Notes: generated from the letters alone by a model not told the origin. DNA of 64,000 nucleotides from Escherichia coli (GCF_013315695.1 NZ_CP054353.1); one strand, 5' to 3'; counted from the first letter of the stretch, positions 1 to 15,127 are shown. Program-made: numbers and translations.

Positions 1-1852
1 GGAAGCCCACGAGGCGCTGGCGGAAGCGATGAACAGCATCGGCGGTAACTCAAACTCCGGCGAAGGCGGTGAAGACCCGGCGCGCTATGGCACTAACAAA
101 GTGTCGCGCATCAAGCAGGTGGCGTCCGGTCGCTTCGGCGTTACTCCGGCGTACCTGGTCAATGCCGACGTCATTCAGATAAAAGTCGCCCAGGGCGCGA
201 AGCCGGGTGAAGGTGGTCAGTTACCGGGTGATAAAGTCACTCCTTACATTGCCAAACTGCGCTATTCGGTGCCGGGCGTGACGCTGATCTCCCCGCCGCC
301 GCACCACGATATCTACTCTATTGAGGATTTAGCGCAGCTGATTTTCGACCTCAAGCAGGTCAATCCAAAAGCGATGATCTCCGTGAAGCTGGTTTCCGAA
401 CCGGGCGTAGGCACCATCGCGACTGGCGTGGCAAAAGCTTATGCCGATTTAATCACCATCGCAGGCTATGACGGCGGCACCGGCGCAAGTCCGCTTTCAT
501 CGGTGAAATACGCAGGCTGTCCGTGGGAGCTGGGGCTTGTTGAAACCCAACAGGCGCTGGTTGCCAACGGCTTGCGTCACAAGATCCGTTTGCAGGTTGA
601 TGGCGGCCTGAAAACCGGCGTTGATATCATCAAAGCGGCGATTCTCGGCGCAGAAAGCTTCGGCTTCGGCACTGGCCCGATGGTGGCGCTCGGCTGTAAA
701 TATCTGCGTATTTGCCATCTGAACAACTGCGCGACGGGTGTTGCAACTCAGGATGACAAACTGCGTAAGAATCACTATCACGGCCTGCCGTTCAAGGTGA
801 CTAATTACTTTGAGTTTATCGCACGTGAAACCCGCGAGCTGATGGCACAGCTGGGGGTAACGCGTCTGGTGGATCTGATTGGTCGCACCGACCTGCTGAA
901 AGAGCTGGACGGTTTCACCGCCAAACAGCAGAAACTGGCGCTGTCGAAGCTGCTGGAAACTGCCGAGCCACATGCAGGTAAGGCACTCTACTGCACCGAA
1001 AACAACCCGCCGTTTGATAACGGCCTACTGAACGCGCAGTTGCTGCAACAGGCAAAACCGTTTGTCGATGAACGCCAGAGCAAAACCTTCTGGTTCGATA
1101 TCCGCAACACCGATCGTTCTGTCGGCGCGTCGCTTTCAGGCTATATCGCCCAGACGCACGGCGATCAGGGGCTGGCTGCCGATCCGATCAAAGCATACTT
1201 CAACGGCACCGCAGGCCAGAGCTTCGGTGTGTGGAACGCGGGCGGCGTGGAACTGTATCTGACCGGCGATGCTAACGACTATGTCGGTAAAGGCATGGCG
1301 GGCGGCTTAATTGCCATTCGTCCTCCGGTTGGCTCAGCCTTCCGCAGCCATGAAGCAAGCATTATCGGCAACACCTGCCTGTATGGCGCGACCGGAGGTC
1401 GTCTGTATGCCGCAGGCCGCGCGGGTGAACGTTTCGGCGTACGTAACTCCGGTGCTATCACCGTGGTAGAAGGCATTGGCGACAACGGCTGTGAATATAT
1501 GACGGGCGGTATTGTCTGTATTCTGGGTAAAACCGGCGTTAACTTCGGCGCGGGCATGACCGGCGGCTTCGCTTACGTTCTCGATGAAAGCGGCGATTTC
1601 CGCAAACGCGTTAACCCGGAACTGGTCGAGGTCTTAAGCGTTGACGATTTGGCGATCCATGAAGAGCATCTGCGTGGTCTTATCACCGAGCATGTGCAGC
1701 ATACCGGTTCCCAGCGCGGTGAAGAGATTCTGGCGAACTGGTCAACCTTCGCCACGAAATTCGCGCTGGTTAAACCGAAGTCCAGTGATGTAAAAGCACT
1801 GCTGGGTCACCGTAGTCGTAGCGCAGCAGAGTTGCGCGTGCAGGCGCAGTAA
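1..1852 (+). CDS. gltB: glutamate synthase large subunit, C-terminal portion (5' end lies outside the window)
   Basis: Open frame runs in from the window start with no stop; translation matches the GOGAT FMN/synthase and C-terminal domains; gltD follows directly. Confidence 0.93.
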   Translation, partial: EAHEALAEAMNSIGGNSNSGEGGEDPARYGTNKVSRIKQVASGRFGVTPAYLVNADVIQIKVAQGAKPGEGGQLPGDKVTPYIAKLRYSVPGVTLISPPPHHDIYSIEDLAQLIFDLKQVNPKAMISVKLVSEPGVGTIATGVAKAYADLITIAGYDGGTGASPLSSVKYAGCPWELGLVETQQALVANGLRHKIRLQVDGGLKTGVDIIKAAILGAESFGFGTGPMVALGCKYLRICHLNNCATGVATQDDKLRKNHYHGLPFKVTNYFEFIARETRELMAQLGVTRLVDLIGRTDLLKELDGFTAKQQKLALSKLLETAEPHAGKALYCTENNPPFDNGLLNAQLLQQAKPFVDERQSKTFWFDIRNTDRSVGASLSGYIAQTHGDQGLAADPIKAYFNGTAGQSFGVWNAGGVELYLTGDANDYVGKGMAGGLIAIRPPVGSAFRSHEASIIGNTCLYGATGGRLYAAGRAGERFGVRNSGAITVVEGIGDNGCEYMTGGIVCILGKTGVNFGAGMTGGFAYVLDESGDFRKRVNPELVEVLSVDDLAIHEEHLRGLITEHVQHTGSQRGEEILANWSTFATKFALVKPKSSDVKALLGHRSRSAAELRVQAQ

Positions 1853-3283
<1,431 letters not shown>

Positions 3284-3451
3284 GCTCTGCCTCAGCGCCG
3301 CCTTCTCAGAAAAGAGTCGGCGCTGAAATTCTCCTTTCGTTCTGGAAAGCGCCTCGCATAATCTGAAGAAAACCAATGTAATACGCACATCTGGATTGTT
3401 ACCGGCAGATGCCCGGCGTATAGCTGATTCCATTATTCAACACTGCGCCAT

Positions 3452-4566
3452 ATGAAGGGACAGATAATGGAATCGCTCTCAGAAGGAACCACAGCAGGCT
3501 ACCAGCAAATCCACGACGGCATTATTCATCTGGTCGATAGCGCCCGGACGGAAACGGTACGTAGTGTTAACGCGTTAATGACCGCCACATACTGGGAAAT
3601 TGGCCGACGAATTGTCGAATTTGAACAAGGTGGCGAGGCCAGGGCTGCGTATGGTGCGCAGCTAATCAAGCGACTATCAAAGGATTTACGTCTAAGGTAT
3701 AAGCGTGGGTTTTCCACCAGGAATTTATGGCAGTTTAAGAATTTTTATATTTGTTTTCAACGAATTGAAATTGTGCAGACACTGTCTGCACAATTCGCCA
3801 GACACTATCTGGCGAATCTTGCCATTTAGCGCAACTGGCCAAATCCTTCCCCCTGCCCTGGTCCACTTACGTCCGTTTGCTTTCTGTTAAAAACGCTGAC
3901 GCTCGTAGCTTTTATGAGAAAGAGACACTCCGCTGTGGCTGGTCTGCTCGTCAGCTCGAACGGCAAATTGCGACCCAATTTTATGAGCGGACACTACTGT
4001 CACATGACAAATCAGCCATGCTGCAACAACACGCTCCTGCCGAGACGCATATTCTTCCGCAACGGGCGATACGCGATCCCTTTGTGCTCGAATTTCTGGA
4101 ATTGAAAGATGAATATTCAGAATCCGATTTTGAGGAGGCGCTGATCAACCACCTGATGGATTTCATGCTGGAACTTGGGGATGATTTTGCCTTTGTTAGT
4201 CGACAGCGAAGGTTACGCATTGATGACAACTGGTTTCGTGTCGATCTGCTGTTTTTCCACCGCCGTTTACGCTGCCTGCTAATCGTCGATCTAAAAGTGG
4301 GCAAATTCAGCTATAGCGATGCCGGACAGATGAATATGTATCTCAACTACGCCAAAGAGCACTGGACGCTACCGGATGAAAATCCGCCCATCGGTCTGAT
4401 TCTCTGTGCAGAGAAAGGAGTCGGAGAAGCGCATTATGCACTGGCTGGTTTGCCTAACACCGTTCTGGCGAGTGAATATAAGATGCAACTACCTGATGAA
4501 AAACGACTCGCGGATGAACTCGTTCGAACACAGGCGGTGTTAGAGGAAGGCTATAGACGCCGTTAA
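3452..4566 (+). pseudogene. yhcG: yhcG-like DUF1016/PDDEXK-type protein, split into two frames (3452-3829 and about 3769-4566)
   Basis: Two adjacent ORFs in different frames together cover one YhcG-like protein; the conserved LPWSxY...ARSFYE segment lies in the downstream frame; frames overlap at a palindrome-rich segment. Confidence 0.6.
3769..3817. repeat. two overlapping perfect palindromes (P1 3769-3795, P2 3793-3817) with shared core CAGACAC(T)(G/A)TCTG
   Basis: Read directly: AATTGTGCAGACAcTGTCTGCACAATT and ATTCGCCAGAcactaTCTGGCGAAT. Confidence 0.8.
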
Positions 4567-4581
4567 TTTCAGCAGTTTCGA

Positions 4582-4606
4582 ATTCTCCAGACACTGTCTG
4601 GAGAAT
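4582..4606. repeat. third palindrome (P3) of the same family, in the convergent yhcG/yhcH intergenic region
   Basis: ATTCTCCAGACAcTGTCTGGAGAAT, near-identical to P2 including the trailing AATCTT. Confidence 0.8.
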
Positions 4607-4625
4607 CTTTAAAACGAACTAAGTT

Positions 4626-5958
<1,333 letters not shown>

Positions 5959-5962
<4 letters not shown>

Positions 5963-6648
5963 AGCACCGCCTTTTTCATCGCTGTGTTGTACCACTGACA
6001 AATGTGTTCAAGACGCGTAATGGCAGAACCGACCGTCACCGCCCACGCGCCGTGGCGCATCGCATCCGCCGCCTGAGCAGGCGTGTTGTAACGCCCTTCG
6101 GCAATCACTCGACATCCGGCGTCGCTCAACGTTTTCACCAGCGCCAGATCCGGCTCTTCTGGCGTTTCAGGCGTGGTATAGCCAGAAAGCGTAGTGCCAA
6201 TAATTTCGGCTCCCAGCTTTTGGCATGCCAGGCCGTCTTCCGGCGTGGAACAGTCGGTCATCGCCAGTAAACCGTGATGGTGAATACGTGCCAGCAACGT
6301 TTCAACAGGCACCGGACGCGGGCGGTCGGTGCCGTCAATGGCGATAATGTCCGCGCCCGCCTGCGCCAGCGCATCAACATCTTCAATATAGGCCGTGATG
6401 CGTACCGGAGAATCCTCCAGATCTCGTTTCACAATCCCGATAATTGGCACGCTCACTACCGCACGCGTGGCTTGCAGATTTGCCACACCTTCGATGCGAA
6501 TGGCAACCGCGCCCGCCTGCTCTGCCGCTAATGCCATGGCTGCGACGATTTCGGGTTTATCGAGCGGGCTGTCAGGAACCGGCTGGCAGGAGACAATCAG
6601 GCCACCGTTAGCAGCGATTTTTTGATCCAGTTGTGCAAGTAACGACAT
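5959..6648 (-). CDS. nanE: N-acetylmannosamine-6-phosphate 2-epimerase
   Basis: 229-aa product from internal start MSLLAQLD; operon context nanA-nanT-nanE-nanK. Confidence 0.92.
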
Positions 6649-6695
6649 ACATCTTCCCTTAGCGAAAGGCCCGGTACAGAGACCGGGCAACAGGA

Positions 6696-8186
6696 TTAAC
6701 TTTTGGTTTTGACTAAATCGTTTTTGGCGCTGCCAAACGGCACGGCACCGCTAAATGGTTTGCCGTCGATAGCGTCATGAGTACGCAATGCTTCCGGGCG
6801 CAGCCAACGCTGAACGCGAGAAGGCATATCCAGACCAATCAGCAGGATCACCACAAACGTCAAACTGAACGAGAGCGATGCCAGCGCAGTACCCAGATCC
6901 AGACGTTGAGCGATCAACGCGCCGATGATTGGGGCCAGTGCGCCGCCCAATGCGCCAACGTTGTAGGTAAAGCCCAGGCCCGCTGCACGCTGGTCGGTAT
7001 CGAAATAACCGCCAATCAGTTTCGGTAAGATCCCGGCGATCCCTTGTCCAAGCATTTGCTGGAAGAACAGTAACAGACCGAGCACCCAGACGTTTGCGCC
7101 GCCAATCGCAAATACCGGAATAATCAGCAGCTGCGAGGCCAGCAGACTACAAACGTACGCTTTGCGGGTTCCCAGCCAGTCACCGAGGAAGCCACCGACG
7201 CAGCACCCCACCGCCGCGCCAAAGCCACTAAAGAACAGCACATTGGCGACAGTATGCGGGTCATAAGCCAGATCGGTTTTCAGATACGTTGGCAGCAGCG
7301 CCTGAATCGGCCATGAGTAGAGGAAAGCAAACAACACGACCACCATCAGCATTACGCCCGTTGGCCAGCGTTTGCCCGTACTCTGCACCATAAAGCTGAT
7401 AAAGATTGCGGCGCATAACAGCCCAAGAACAGCGACGATCGCGGCATTTTGCAGGTTACCGGCGAAGCAGAACCACAGCGCAGTAGCCGCCGCCAGTGTC
7501 ATTACGATATTGGCAATGCGATGTTCACCACGGTAGAGAATATCCACCATTGTGCGTACCGGTGCTTTACCCCCGTGTTTCTCTTTCCAGTCTTCCGCTT
7601 CCGGGATGTTTTTACGCAGCCAGAGAGCAAAGATGATTGGCAAAATGCCGATAAAGAACAGCGCGCGCCAGCCCCAGACCGGAACCACCAGACTATAGAC
7701 CTGAGCGGCAACGACGGCCCCCACTGAGAAGCCTGAAATCAGAAAACCACTGGCTTTGTTACGCAGATGCTTTGGCCAGCTTTCAATGACATAGGTGGCG
7801 CTGGAACCGTATTCACCCGCCATCCCCATGCCGATGACCAGACGAGCGATAAACATGGTGATGTAGCCTGGCGCAAAGCCGCAGGCCAGCGTCCCGGCCG
7901 AGAAGAGAACGATGCTGGTGACCATTGCCAGACGACGCCCGTAGCGGTCACCCATAGCGCCGAGCATCAGGCCGCCGAACCAGCGAGAGATAAAGGCTGC
8001 GGAGATCAGACTTGCCGCCTGCACCGTCGTGAGCCCGAATTCACCCTGTACTTCGGTGAGTACCAGGGCGATTAAAACGAAATCAAAACCGTCAAGCAGA
8101 TATCCCAACCAGGCAGCGGAAAATGCCCGCCATTGTGCGCGGTTAAGATGGCGATACCACGGGATATTCTGGGTTGTAGTACTCAT
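6696..8186 (-). CDS. nanT: sialic acid (Neu5Ac) MFS transporter
   Basis: 496-aa polytopic membrane protein starting [11 protein letters not shown]; position between nanA and nanE. Confidence 0.93.
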
Positions 8187-8256
8187 TGTGAGTCTCCCGC
8201 GGTGGGCGATGCCCACACGCTTTGGTATGAAAATTGTAGGGTACAGATGCGTTTAT

Positions 8257-8289
8257 TTCCCCTCACCCGGTAGGGGCGAGCGAGGGGAA
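8257..8289. repeat. GC-rich imperfect palindrome (TTCCCCTC...GAGGGGAA), intergenic nanA-nanT
   Basis: 8-bp inverted arms around a 17-nt loop; same family as the copy at 26876-26912. Confidence 0.6.
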
Positions 8290-8294
8290 AAAAC

Positions 8295-9188
8295 TCACCC
8301 GCGCTCTTGCATCAACTGCTGGGCCAGCGCCTTCAGTTCTGGCAGATATTTTTCATCTACCGGACCAAACGGTTTGCGGCACAGCGGCACAGAAACGACA
8401 TCCATATAATGGAGGACAGTTTTCAGGCCGCGGAATACGCCCGTTTTGATCAGTAAATCAATGACTTTATTGCACTCAGTTTGCAGTTTCTGCGCGGTCT
8501 GGATATCGCCTTCTTTCAGCGCCTTAACAATGCCCTGATAACGCCAGCCCATGATGTTGTAGGTACTACCGATACCACCATCAGCGCCCGCCAGAAGACC
8601 AGAGGCGAAGATTTCGTCGTAACCGTTGTAGAGCACCAGATCCGGATGTTCACGACGGATCTGCTCCATCTGATAGAGATCGCCAGAGGTCTGTTTCAGC
8701 GCGCCAACACCTGGCAACGTAACCAGAGTGTTGATCTGATCCAGGCTCAGTTTAACGCCACTTAACGCCGGAATGTTGTACACCACCATCGGCAAACCAT
8801 CCGCTGAATCAATAATTGCCCGATAGTGATCGCAGTGTTCTTCAAAGCTGAAAGGATAGTAGAACGGCGTAACGGCAGAGACGGCATCGAAGCCATAACG
8901 TTTAGCCGATGCCGCAAGTTGTTGGCTTTCAGCAGTGCTGACGCAACCTACGTGAGCGATGAGTTTAATCTTGCCTTTCGCCTCTTCGGCGACGATTTCC
9001 AGTACCTGTTCACGCTCGGAAAGGCTTTGTACAAAGGCTTCGCCGGTAGAACCACCCACGTATAAACCGTCGATGCCCTGCTGAATATTGAACTGAACCA
9101 GGCGACGCAGACTCGCTTTATCCAGTGCTTGTTGTTGATCAAAAGGAGTCAGGAGTGCGGCCATTACGCCACGTAAATTCGTTGCCAT
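8295..9188 (-). CDS. nanA: N-acetylneuraminate lyase
   Basis: 297-aa ORF of the DHDPS/NAL class I aldolase family (GSTGE motif); first gene of the nan operon. Confidence 0.95.
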
Positions 9189-9223
9189 AAATACCTCTGA
9201 AGTGATGCTTGTCTGATAAACGA

Positions 9224-9246
9224 TATACCTTTATACCTGTTATACC
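9224..9246 (-). promoter_or_regulatory. NanR operator: three GGTATA repeats in the nanA promoter region
   Basis: Plus strand reads TATACCtttaTATACCtgtTATACC, i.e. GGTATA x3 on the nanA strand; NanR is known to bind GGTATA repeats. Confidence 0.75.
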
Positions 9247-9309
9247 AGATCAATTAAGCAACACCCCATACAGAAAGCTTATAATGCGATCTGCTTCACT
9301 AAAGTGGCA

Positions 9310-10101
9310 TTATTTCTTTTTGTTGGTGGTCTGACCGAAGGCGTGCCAGGTAGCAGAGACGCTGTTGAGATGCGATTGCAACGCGCGATCGGCTTCATCG
9401 GGATCGTGGCGGCGGATCGCGTCAACGATCGCAATATGCTGTTGATAGCTAACGTTGTTATGCTCGTGCAGAGCCTGATCAGCCACGGTTGGACGTGCGG
9501 CGATCAGCCAGTCGAGCAGGGCAACGTGGATCGCCATGAAGATTGGGTTACCGGGGATCTCCGCCAGCACGCGGTGGAAATCAACGTCTGAACGAATGAA
9601 TGCCGCGTTGTTATCCAGCGACTGACTGTTGATTTCCAGTGCTTTTGCCAGCAAATCGATTTGCTCATCGGTGGCGTGTTCAGCCGCATAGCGCACCAGG
9701 CTGGATTCAAAGAACAGACGTAATTGTTCGAAATGGGCAATCCCGCCAGGATGAGAAAGGAAATCTTTCGCCATGCCGGAAAGCTCGCCGATGATGGTGT
9801 CCGCAGAAGGACGTGAGACGCGAGCGCGTTCGCCGTTGTTTATCTGCACCAGACCTTTGCGTTTTAACGCTGCCAGCGCTTCACGCACCGAAGGACGCCC
9901 GACGTTAAAGAACGCCATCAGTTCGCGTTCAGACGGTAATTGTTCACCTTCGCCAAATTCACGACGGCGGATCATCTGTTCCAGCTCTTCTTCCACCATT
10001 TCGGAGAGTTTTTTACGCGCCAGCGGGCGGCTGCGTAAGTTGCGGCCAATTGCAGGTGAAGAATCTTCGGTTTGCGAATCAAATGCGTTCATAAGGCCCA
10101 T
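9310..10101 (-). CDS. nanR: nan operon repressor (GntR/FadR family)
   Basis: 263-aa ORF with N-terminal wHTH; upstream of nanA on the same strand. Confidence 0.95.
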   Translation of the reverse strand: MGLMNAFDSQTEDSSPAIGRNLRSRPLARKKLSEMVEEELEQMIRRREFGEGEQLPSERELMAFFNVGRPSVREALAALKRKGLVQINNGERARVSRPSADTIIGELSGMAKDFLSHPGGIAHFEQLRLFFESSLVRYAAEHATDEQIDLLAKALEINSQSLDNNAAFIRSDVDFHRVLAEIPGNPIFMAIHVALLDWLIAARPTVADQALHEHNNVSYQQHIAIVDAIRRHDPDEADRALQSHLNSVSATWHAFGQTTNKKK

Positions 10102-11648
10102 TCTGTAAGGTCAGTGTGATTAACATCATCAGTGACATCCTATCACAGGATTGAAAGTAGGGGGAAATGGCGGGGTTTTCTCTTTGTGCCTCATCATTAC
10201 TATAATTAACTGAATAATTAACTATTGCGAAAAATTAATGTAACGCAGATAAAAACATCCCGACTGAATTATTCATAAGACTATTAACAAGTATTATGAA
10301 TATTATGAATGTGTTCTTACAAAATAATCATAAGCGCATATTTTTTAATGAAAAATCACCTCATCTACAATTAAAAACACGACATCCGCACCATAAATAG
10401 CCTTGCAAAAAATATAACATCATTGTTTTCAATCTGCCGTTTATGGGATTGACCGTTTTCTTTTGACACGGAGTTCAACAATGTTCGGCATAATTATATC
10501 TGTCATCGTATTAATTACGATGGGCTATTTGATCCTGAAAAACTACAAACCTCAGGTGGTGCTGGCTGCCGCAGGTATCTTCCTGATGATGTGCGGTGTC
10601 TGGTTAGGGTTCGGTGGTGTGCTCGATCCCGCCAAAAGCAGCGGCTACTTGATCGTCGATATTTATAATGAAATCCTGCGCATGCTGTCCAACCGCATTG
10701 CCGGATTGGGGCTGTCGATTATGGCAGTGGGTGGTTATGCCCGCTATATGGAGCGCATAGGGGCCAGTCGCGCGATGGTGAGCTTGTTAAGCCGCCCGTT
10801 AAAACTCATTCGCTCGCCGTATATTATTCTGTCGGCAACTTACGTCATCGGCCAAATCATGGCGCAGTTTATTACCAGCGCCTCCGGTCTGGGTATGTTG
10901 CTGATGGTCACCTTATTTCCGACGCTGGTGAGTCTGGGAGTAAGTCGCCTCTCTGCGGTGGCGGTTATCGCAACCACGATGTCCATTGAGTGGGGGATTC
11001 TGGAAACGAACTCCATTTTTGCTGCCCAGGTCGCAGGAATGAAAATTGCCACTTACTTCTTCCACTACCAGCTTCCGGTCGCCTCTTGCGTCATTATCTC
11101 GGTGGCGATCTCCCACTTTTTCGTGCAACGCGCTTTCGACAAAAAAGATAAAAATATCAATCACGAACAGGCAGAGCAAAAAGCTCTCGATAATGTCCCG
11201 CCGCTCTATTACGCCATTTTACCGGTGATGCCGTTAATCCTGATGCTCGGCTCGCTGTTCCTTGCCCACGTCGGGCTGATGCAGTCAGAACTGCATCTGG
11301 TGGTGGTGATGTTACTGAGTTTGACGGTGACGATGTTTGTTGAGTTCTTCCACAAGCATAACTTGCGCGAAACAATGGACGATGTGCAGGCGTTTTTTGA
11401 CGGCATGGGTACGCAGTTTGCCAACGTGGTAACGCTGGTGGTCGCGGGTGAAATATTTGCGAAAGGCTTAACGACGATTGGCACTGTCGATGCGGTTATC
11501 AGGGGGGCGGAGCATTCTGGTCTGGGCGGTATTGGCGTGATGATTATTATGGCGCTGGTCATTGCCATTTGTGCCATTGTGATGGGCTCAGGCGGTGATG
11601 CTGCCAACTTACTGATTTAGTGTATGATGGTGTTTTTGAGGTGCTCCA

Positions 11649-11924
11649 GTGGCTTCTGTTTCTATCAGCTGTCCCTCCTGTTCAGCTACTGACGGGGTGG
11701 TGCGTAACGGCAAAAGCACCGCCGGACATCAGCGCTATCTCTGCTCTCACTGCCGTAAAACATGGCAACTGCAGTTCACTTACACCGCTTCTCAACCCGG
11801 TACGCACCAGAAAATCATTGATATGGCCATGAATGGCGTTGGATGCCGGGCAACAGCCCGCATTATGGGCGTTGGCCTCAACACGATTTTACGTCACTTA
11901 AAAAACTCAGGCCGCAGTCGGTAA
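11649..11924 (+). CDS. insA: IS1 InsA (transposition inhibitor / N-terminal part of transposase)
   Basis: 91-aa ORF with zinc-finger-like CPSC...CSHC motif typical of IS1 InsA. Confidence 0.9.
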
Positions 11925-12346
11925 CCTCGCGCATACAGCCGGGCAGTGACGTCATCGTCTGCGCGGAAATGGACGAACAGTGGGGCTATGTCGGGGCTAA
12001 ATCGCGCCAGCGCTGGCTGTTTTACGCGTATGACAGGCTCCGGAAGACGGTTGTTGCGCACGTATTCGGTGAACGCACTATGGCGACGCTGGGGCGTCTT
12101 ATGAGCCTGCTGTCACCCTTTGACGTGGTGATATGGATGACGGATGGCTGGCCGCTGTATGAATCCCGCCTGAAGGGAAAGCTGCACGTAATCAGCAAGC
12201 GATATACGCAGCGAATTGAGCGGCATAACCTGAATCTGAGGCAGCACCTGGCACGGCTGGGACGGAAGTCGCTGTCGTTCTCAAAATCGGTGGAGCTGCA
12301 TGACAAAGTCATCGGGCATTATCTGAACATAAAACACTATCAATAA
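11843..12346 (+). CDS. insB: IS1 InsB frame (expressed as InsAB' transposase by -1 frameshift)
   Basis: 167-aa ORF overlapping insA in the -1 frame, as in canonical IS1. Confidence 0.85.
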
Positions 12347-12637
12347 GTTGGAGTCATTACCCGCTCAGGCAATGCGCCGTTTATGTCATTTGCCAGTCTT
12401 ATTCCGAATATCGCAGCCGGACTACATGTACCAGCGGTTGTAATGATTATGCCGATGCATTTTGCCACGACGCTAGCGCGCGCTGTTTCGCCGATTACTG
12501 CGGTGGTGGTCGTTACGTCAGGAATTGCAGGCGTTTCGCCTTTTGCGGTAGTGAAGCGGACAGCGATCCCCATGGCAGTCGGTTTCGTGGTGAATATGAT
12601 TGCCACTATCACGCTATTTTATTAAGCGATTAAAAAG

Positions 12638-12666
12638 ACAAAACAGGCCGCCAGGGCCTGTTTTAG
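12638..12666. terminator. bidirectional rho-independent terminator between dcuD and sspB
   Basis: Hairpin AACAGGCC-GCCA-GGCCTGTT flanked by an A-run and a T-run. Confidence 0.7.
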
Positions 12667-12668
12667 TA

Positions 12669-13166
12669 TTACTTCACAACGCGTAATGCTGGTCGACCAC
12701 CGCGTGGTGGCTGCGGTGGTTCATCGTCAGGATGAGTGTCATCATCGTGATCTGGCTTGTCGCCATCAATAACCGACATAACGGTTTCGTTGTCTGCCGA
12801 TGCCTCTTCATCATTCATGATGCTGGCATCTTCATCGTAGGCAGCTTCAGGTTCAAACATCGTGCCTGCGCCATTTTCACGGGCGTAGATAGCCAGCACG
12901 GCAGCCAGCGGCACAGAAACCTGACGCGGAATGCCACCAAAGCGCGCGTTAAAGCGCACCTCATCATTCGCCAGTTCCAGATTGCCGACAGCTCGCGGCG
13001 CAATGTTGAGTACGATTTGCCCGTCACGCGCATATTCCATAGGAACCTGCACGCCAGGGAGCGTCACATCCACCACCAAGTGCGGCGTGAGCTGGTTATC
13101 CAGCAACCACTCATAGAATGCACGCAGCAGATAGGGACGACGTGGTGTTAGCTGTGACAAATCCAT
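12669..13166 (-). CDS. sspB: stringent starvation protein B (ClpXP adaptor)
   Basis: 165-aa ORF with acidic C-terminal tail; directly downstream of sspA. Confidence 0.93.
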   Translation of the reverse strand: MDLSQLTPRRPYLLRAFYEWLLDNQLTPHLVVDVTLPGVQVPMEYARDGQIVLNIAPRAVGNLELANDEVRFNARFGGIPRQVSVPLAAVLAIYARENGAGTMFEPEAAYDEDASIMNDEEASADNETVMSVIDGDKPDHDDDTHPDDEPPQPPRGGRPALRVVK

Positions 13167-13171
13167 ACAGA

Positions 13172-13810
13172 TTAACTCCGGCCCAGACGCATTTCACGTT
13201 CAGCTTCAGTTAAAGAAGCAAGGAAAGAGTCACGCTCAAAGACGCGGGTCATATAGCCTTTCAGCTCTTTCGCACCCGGGCCGCTGAACTCGATGCCCAG
13301 TTGCGGCAAACGCCACAGCAGCGGAGCAAGGTAGCAATCGACCAGGCTGAACTCATCGCTCAGGAAGTACGGCTTCTGACCGAAGACCGGTGCAATCGCC
13401 AGCAGTTCTTCGCGCAGTTGCTTACGTGCGGCATCTGCTTCAGAAGCTGAACCGTTGATGATGGTGTTCATCAGCGTGTACCAGTCTTTTTCGATGCGAT
13501 GCATGTACAGACGGCTTTCACCGCGAGCTACCGGGTAAACAGGCATCAGTGGCGGATGCGGGAAACGCTCATCCAGATATTCCATAATGATGCGAGATTC
13601 CCACAGGGTCAGCTCACGATCCACCAGGGTCGGAACGCTCTGATTCGGGTTGAGGTCAATCAGATCCTGAGGCGGATTGTCCTTTTCCACGTGTTCGATC
13701 TCGAAACTTACACCTTTCTCAGCCAGCACAATGCGGACCTGATGGCTATAGATGTCAGTAGGACCGGAAAACAGCGTCATTACCGAACGTTTGTTGGCAG
13801 CGACAGCCAT
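13172..13810 (-). CDS. sspA: stringent starvation protein A (GST-like)
   Basis: 212-aa GST-fold protein; sspA-sspB operon. Confidence 0.95.
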   Translation of the reverse strand: MAVAANKRSVMTLFSGPTDIYSHQVRIVLAEKGVSFEIEHVEKDNPPQDLIDLNPNQSVPTLVDRELTLWESRIIMEYLDERFPHPPLMPVYPVARGESRLYMHRIEKDWYTLMNTIINGSASEADAARKQLREELLAIAPVFGQKPYFLSDEFSLVDCYLAPLLWRLPQLGIEFSGPGAKELKGYMTRVFERDSFLASLTEAEREMRLGRS

Positions 13811-14143
13811 GAAAACCTCCAGGTATAGTCAGAATTTTTACTGCTACCAGCCACCAGGTGGCCAGTCAGAAGTTGTGTTACCCAGTAAGGAACGACTCTC
13901 TTTGTTCGAAAATCAAACAAAAAATGAGCAATACCCGACATTTGGGCAGAAAATTGGATGATAGTTTACCAGATTTTGCGACCTTTGTGGTGAGTCGATG
14001 CCGGAAATGGGGAAAAAGAGATGCGCTTTAGTCTGAAATAGTTGACTTAGTCCCTTATTGGCGATGTGGTTTTTGTTTTGCCTGTTGTCAGACGGCAGCA
14101 AAAAGCAACTTTCCATTTTTTACGCTGATTCAGAATTTAGCCA

Positions 14144-14172
14144 TAAAAAAACCCGCCGAAGCGGGTTTTTTC
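14144..14172. terminator. rho-independent terminator downstream of rpsI
   Basis: AAAAAAACCCGC-CGAA-GCGGGTTTTTT hairpin with flanking A/T runs. Confidence 0.8.
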
Positions 14173-14203
14173 GCAAATTGTTTTCTGCCGGAGCAGAAGC
14201 CAA

Positions 14204-14599
<396 letters not shown>

Positions 14600-14611
14600 C
14601 TATAATCCCGA

Positions 14612-15127
<516 letters not shown>

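Larger units (their letters stand above)
11594..12361 (+). mobile_element. IS1: IS1 insertion sequence, complete 768 bp
   Basis: Terminal inverted repeats GGTGATGCTGCCAACTTACTGAT ... ATCAATAAGTTGGAGTCATTACC; flanked by GGCTCAGGC / CGCTCAGGC (9-bp duplication, 8/9 identical). Confidence 0.95.
10481..12625 (+). pseudogene. dcuD: C4-dicarboxylate transporter DcuD interrupted by IS1 (5' part 10481-11593, 3' remnant 12362-12625)
   Basis: N-terminal reading frame runs into the IS1 left end and stops inside it; the 3' remnant after the IS is in the same frame once IS1 plus 9 bp are removed, giving about 455 aa. Confidence 0.85.

Noticed and set aside
3769-4606. Possible CRISPR-like array from the three palindromes
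   Set aside because: Only three copies, irregular spacing (two overlapping, one about 790 bp away), no cas genes and no spacer-repeat periodicity.
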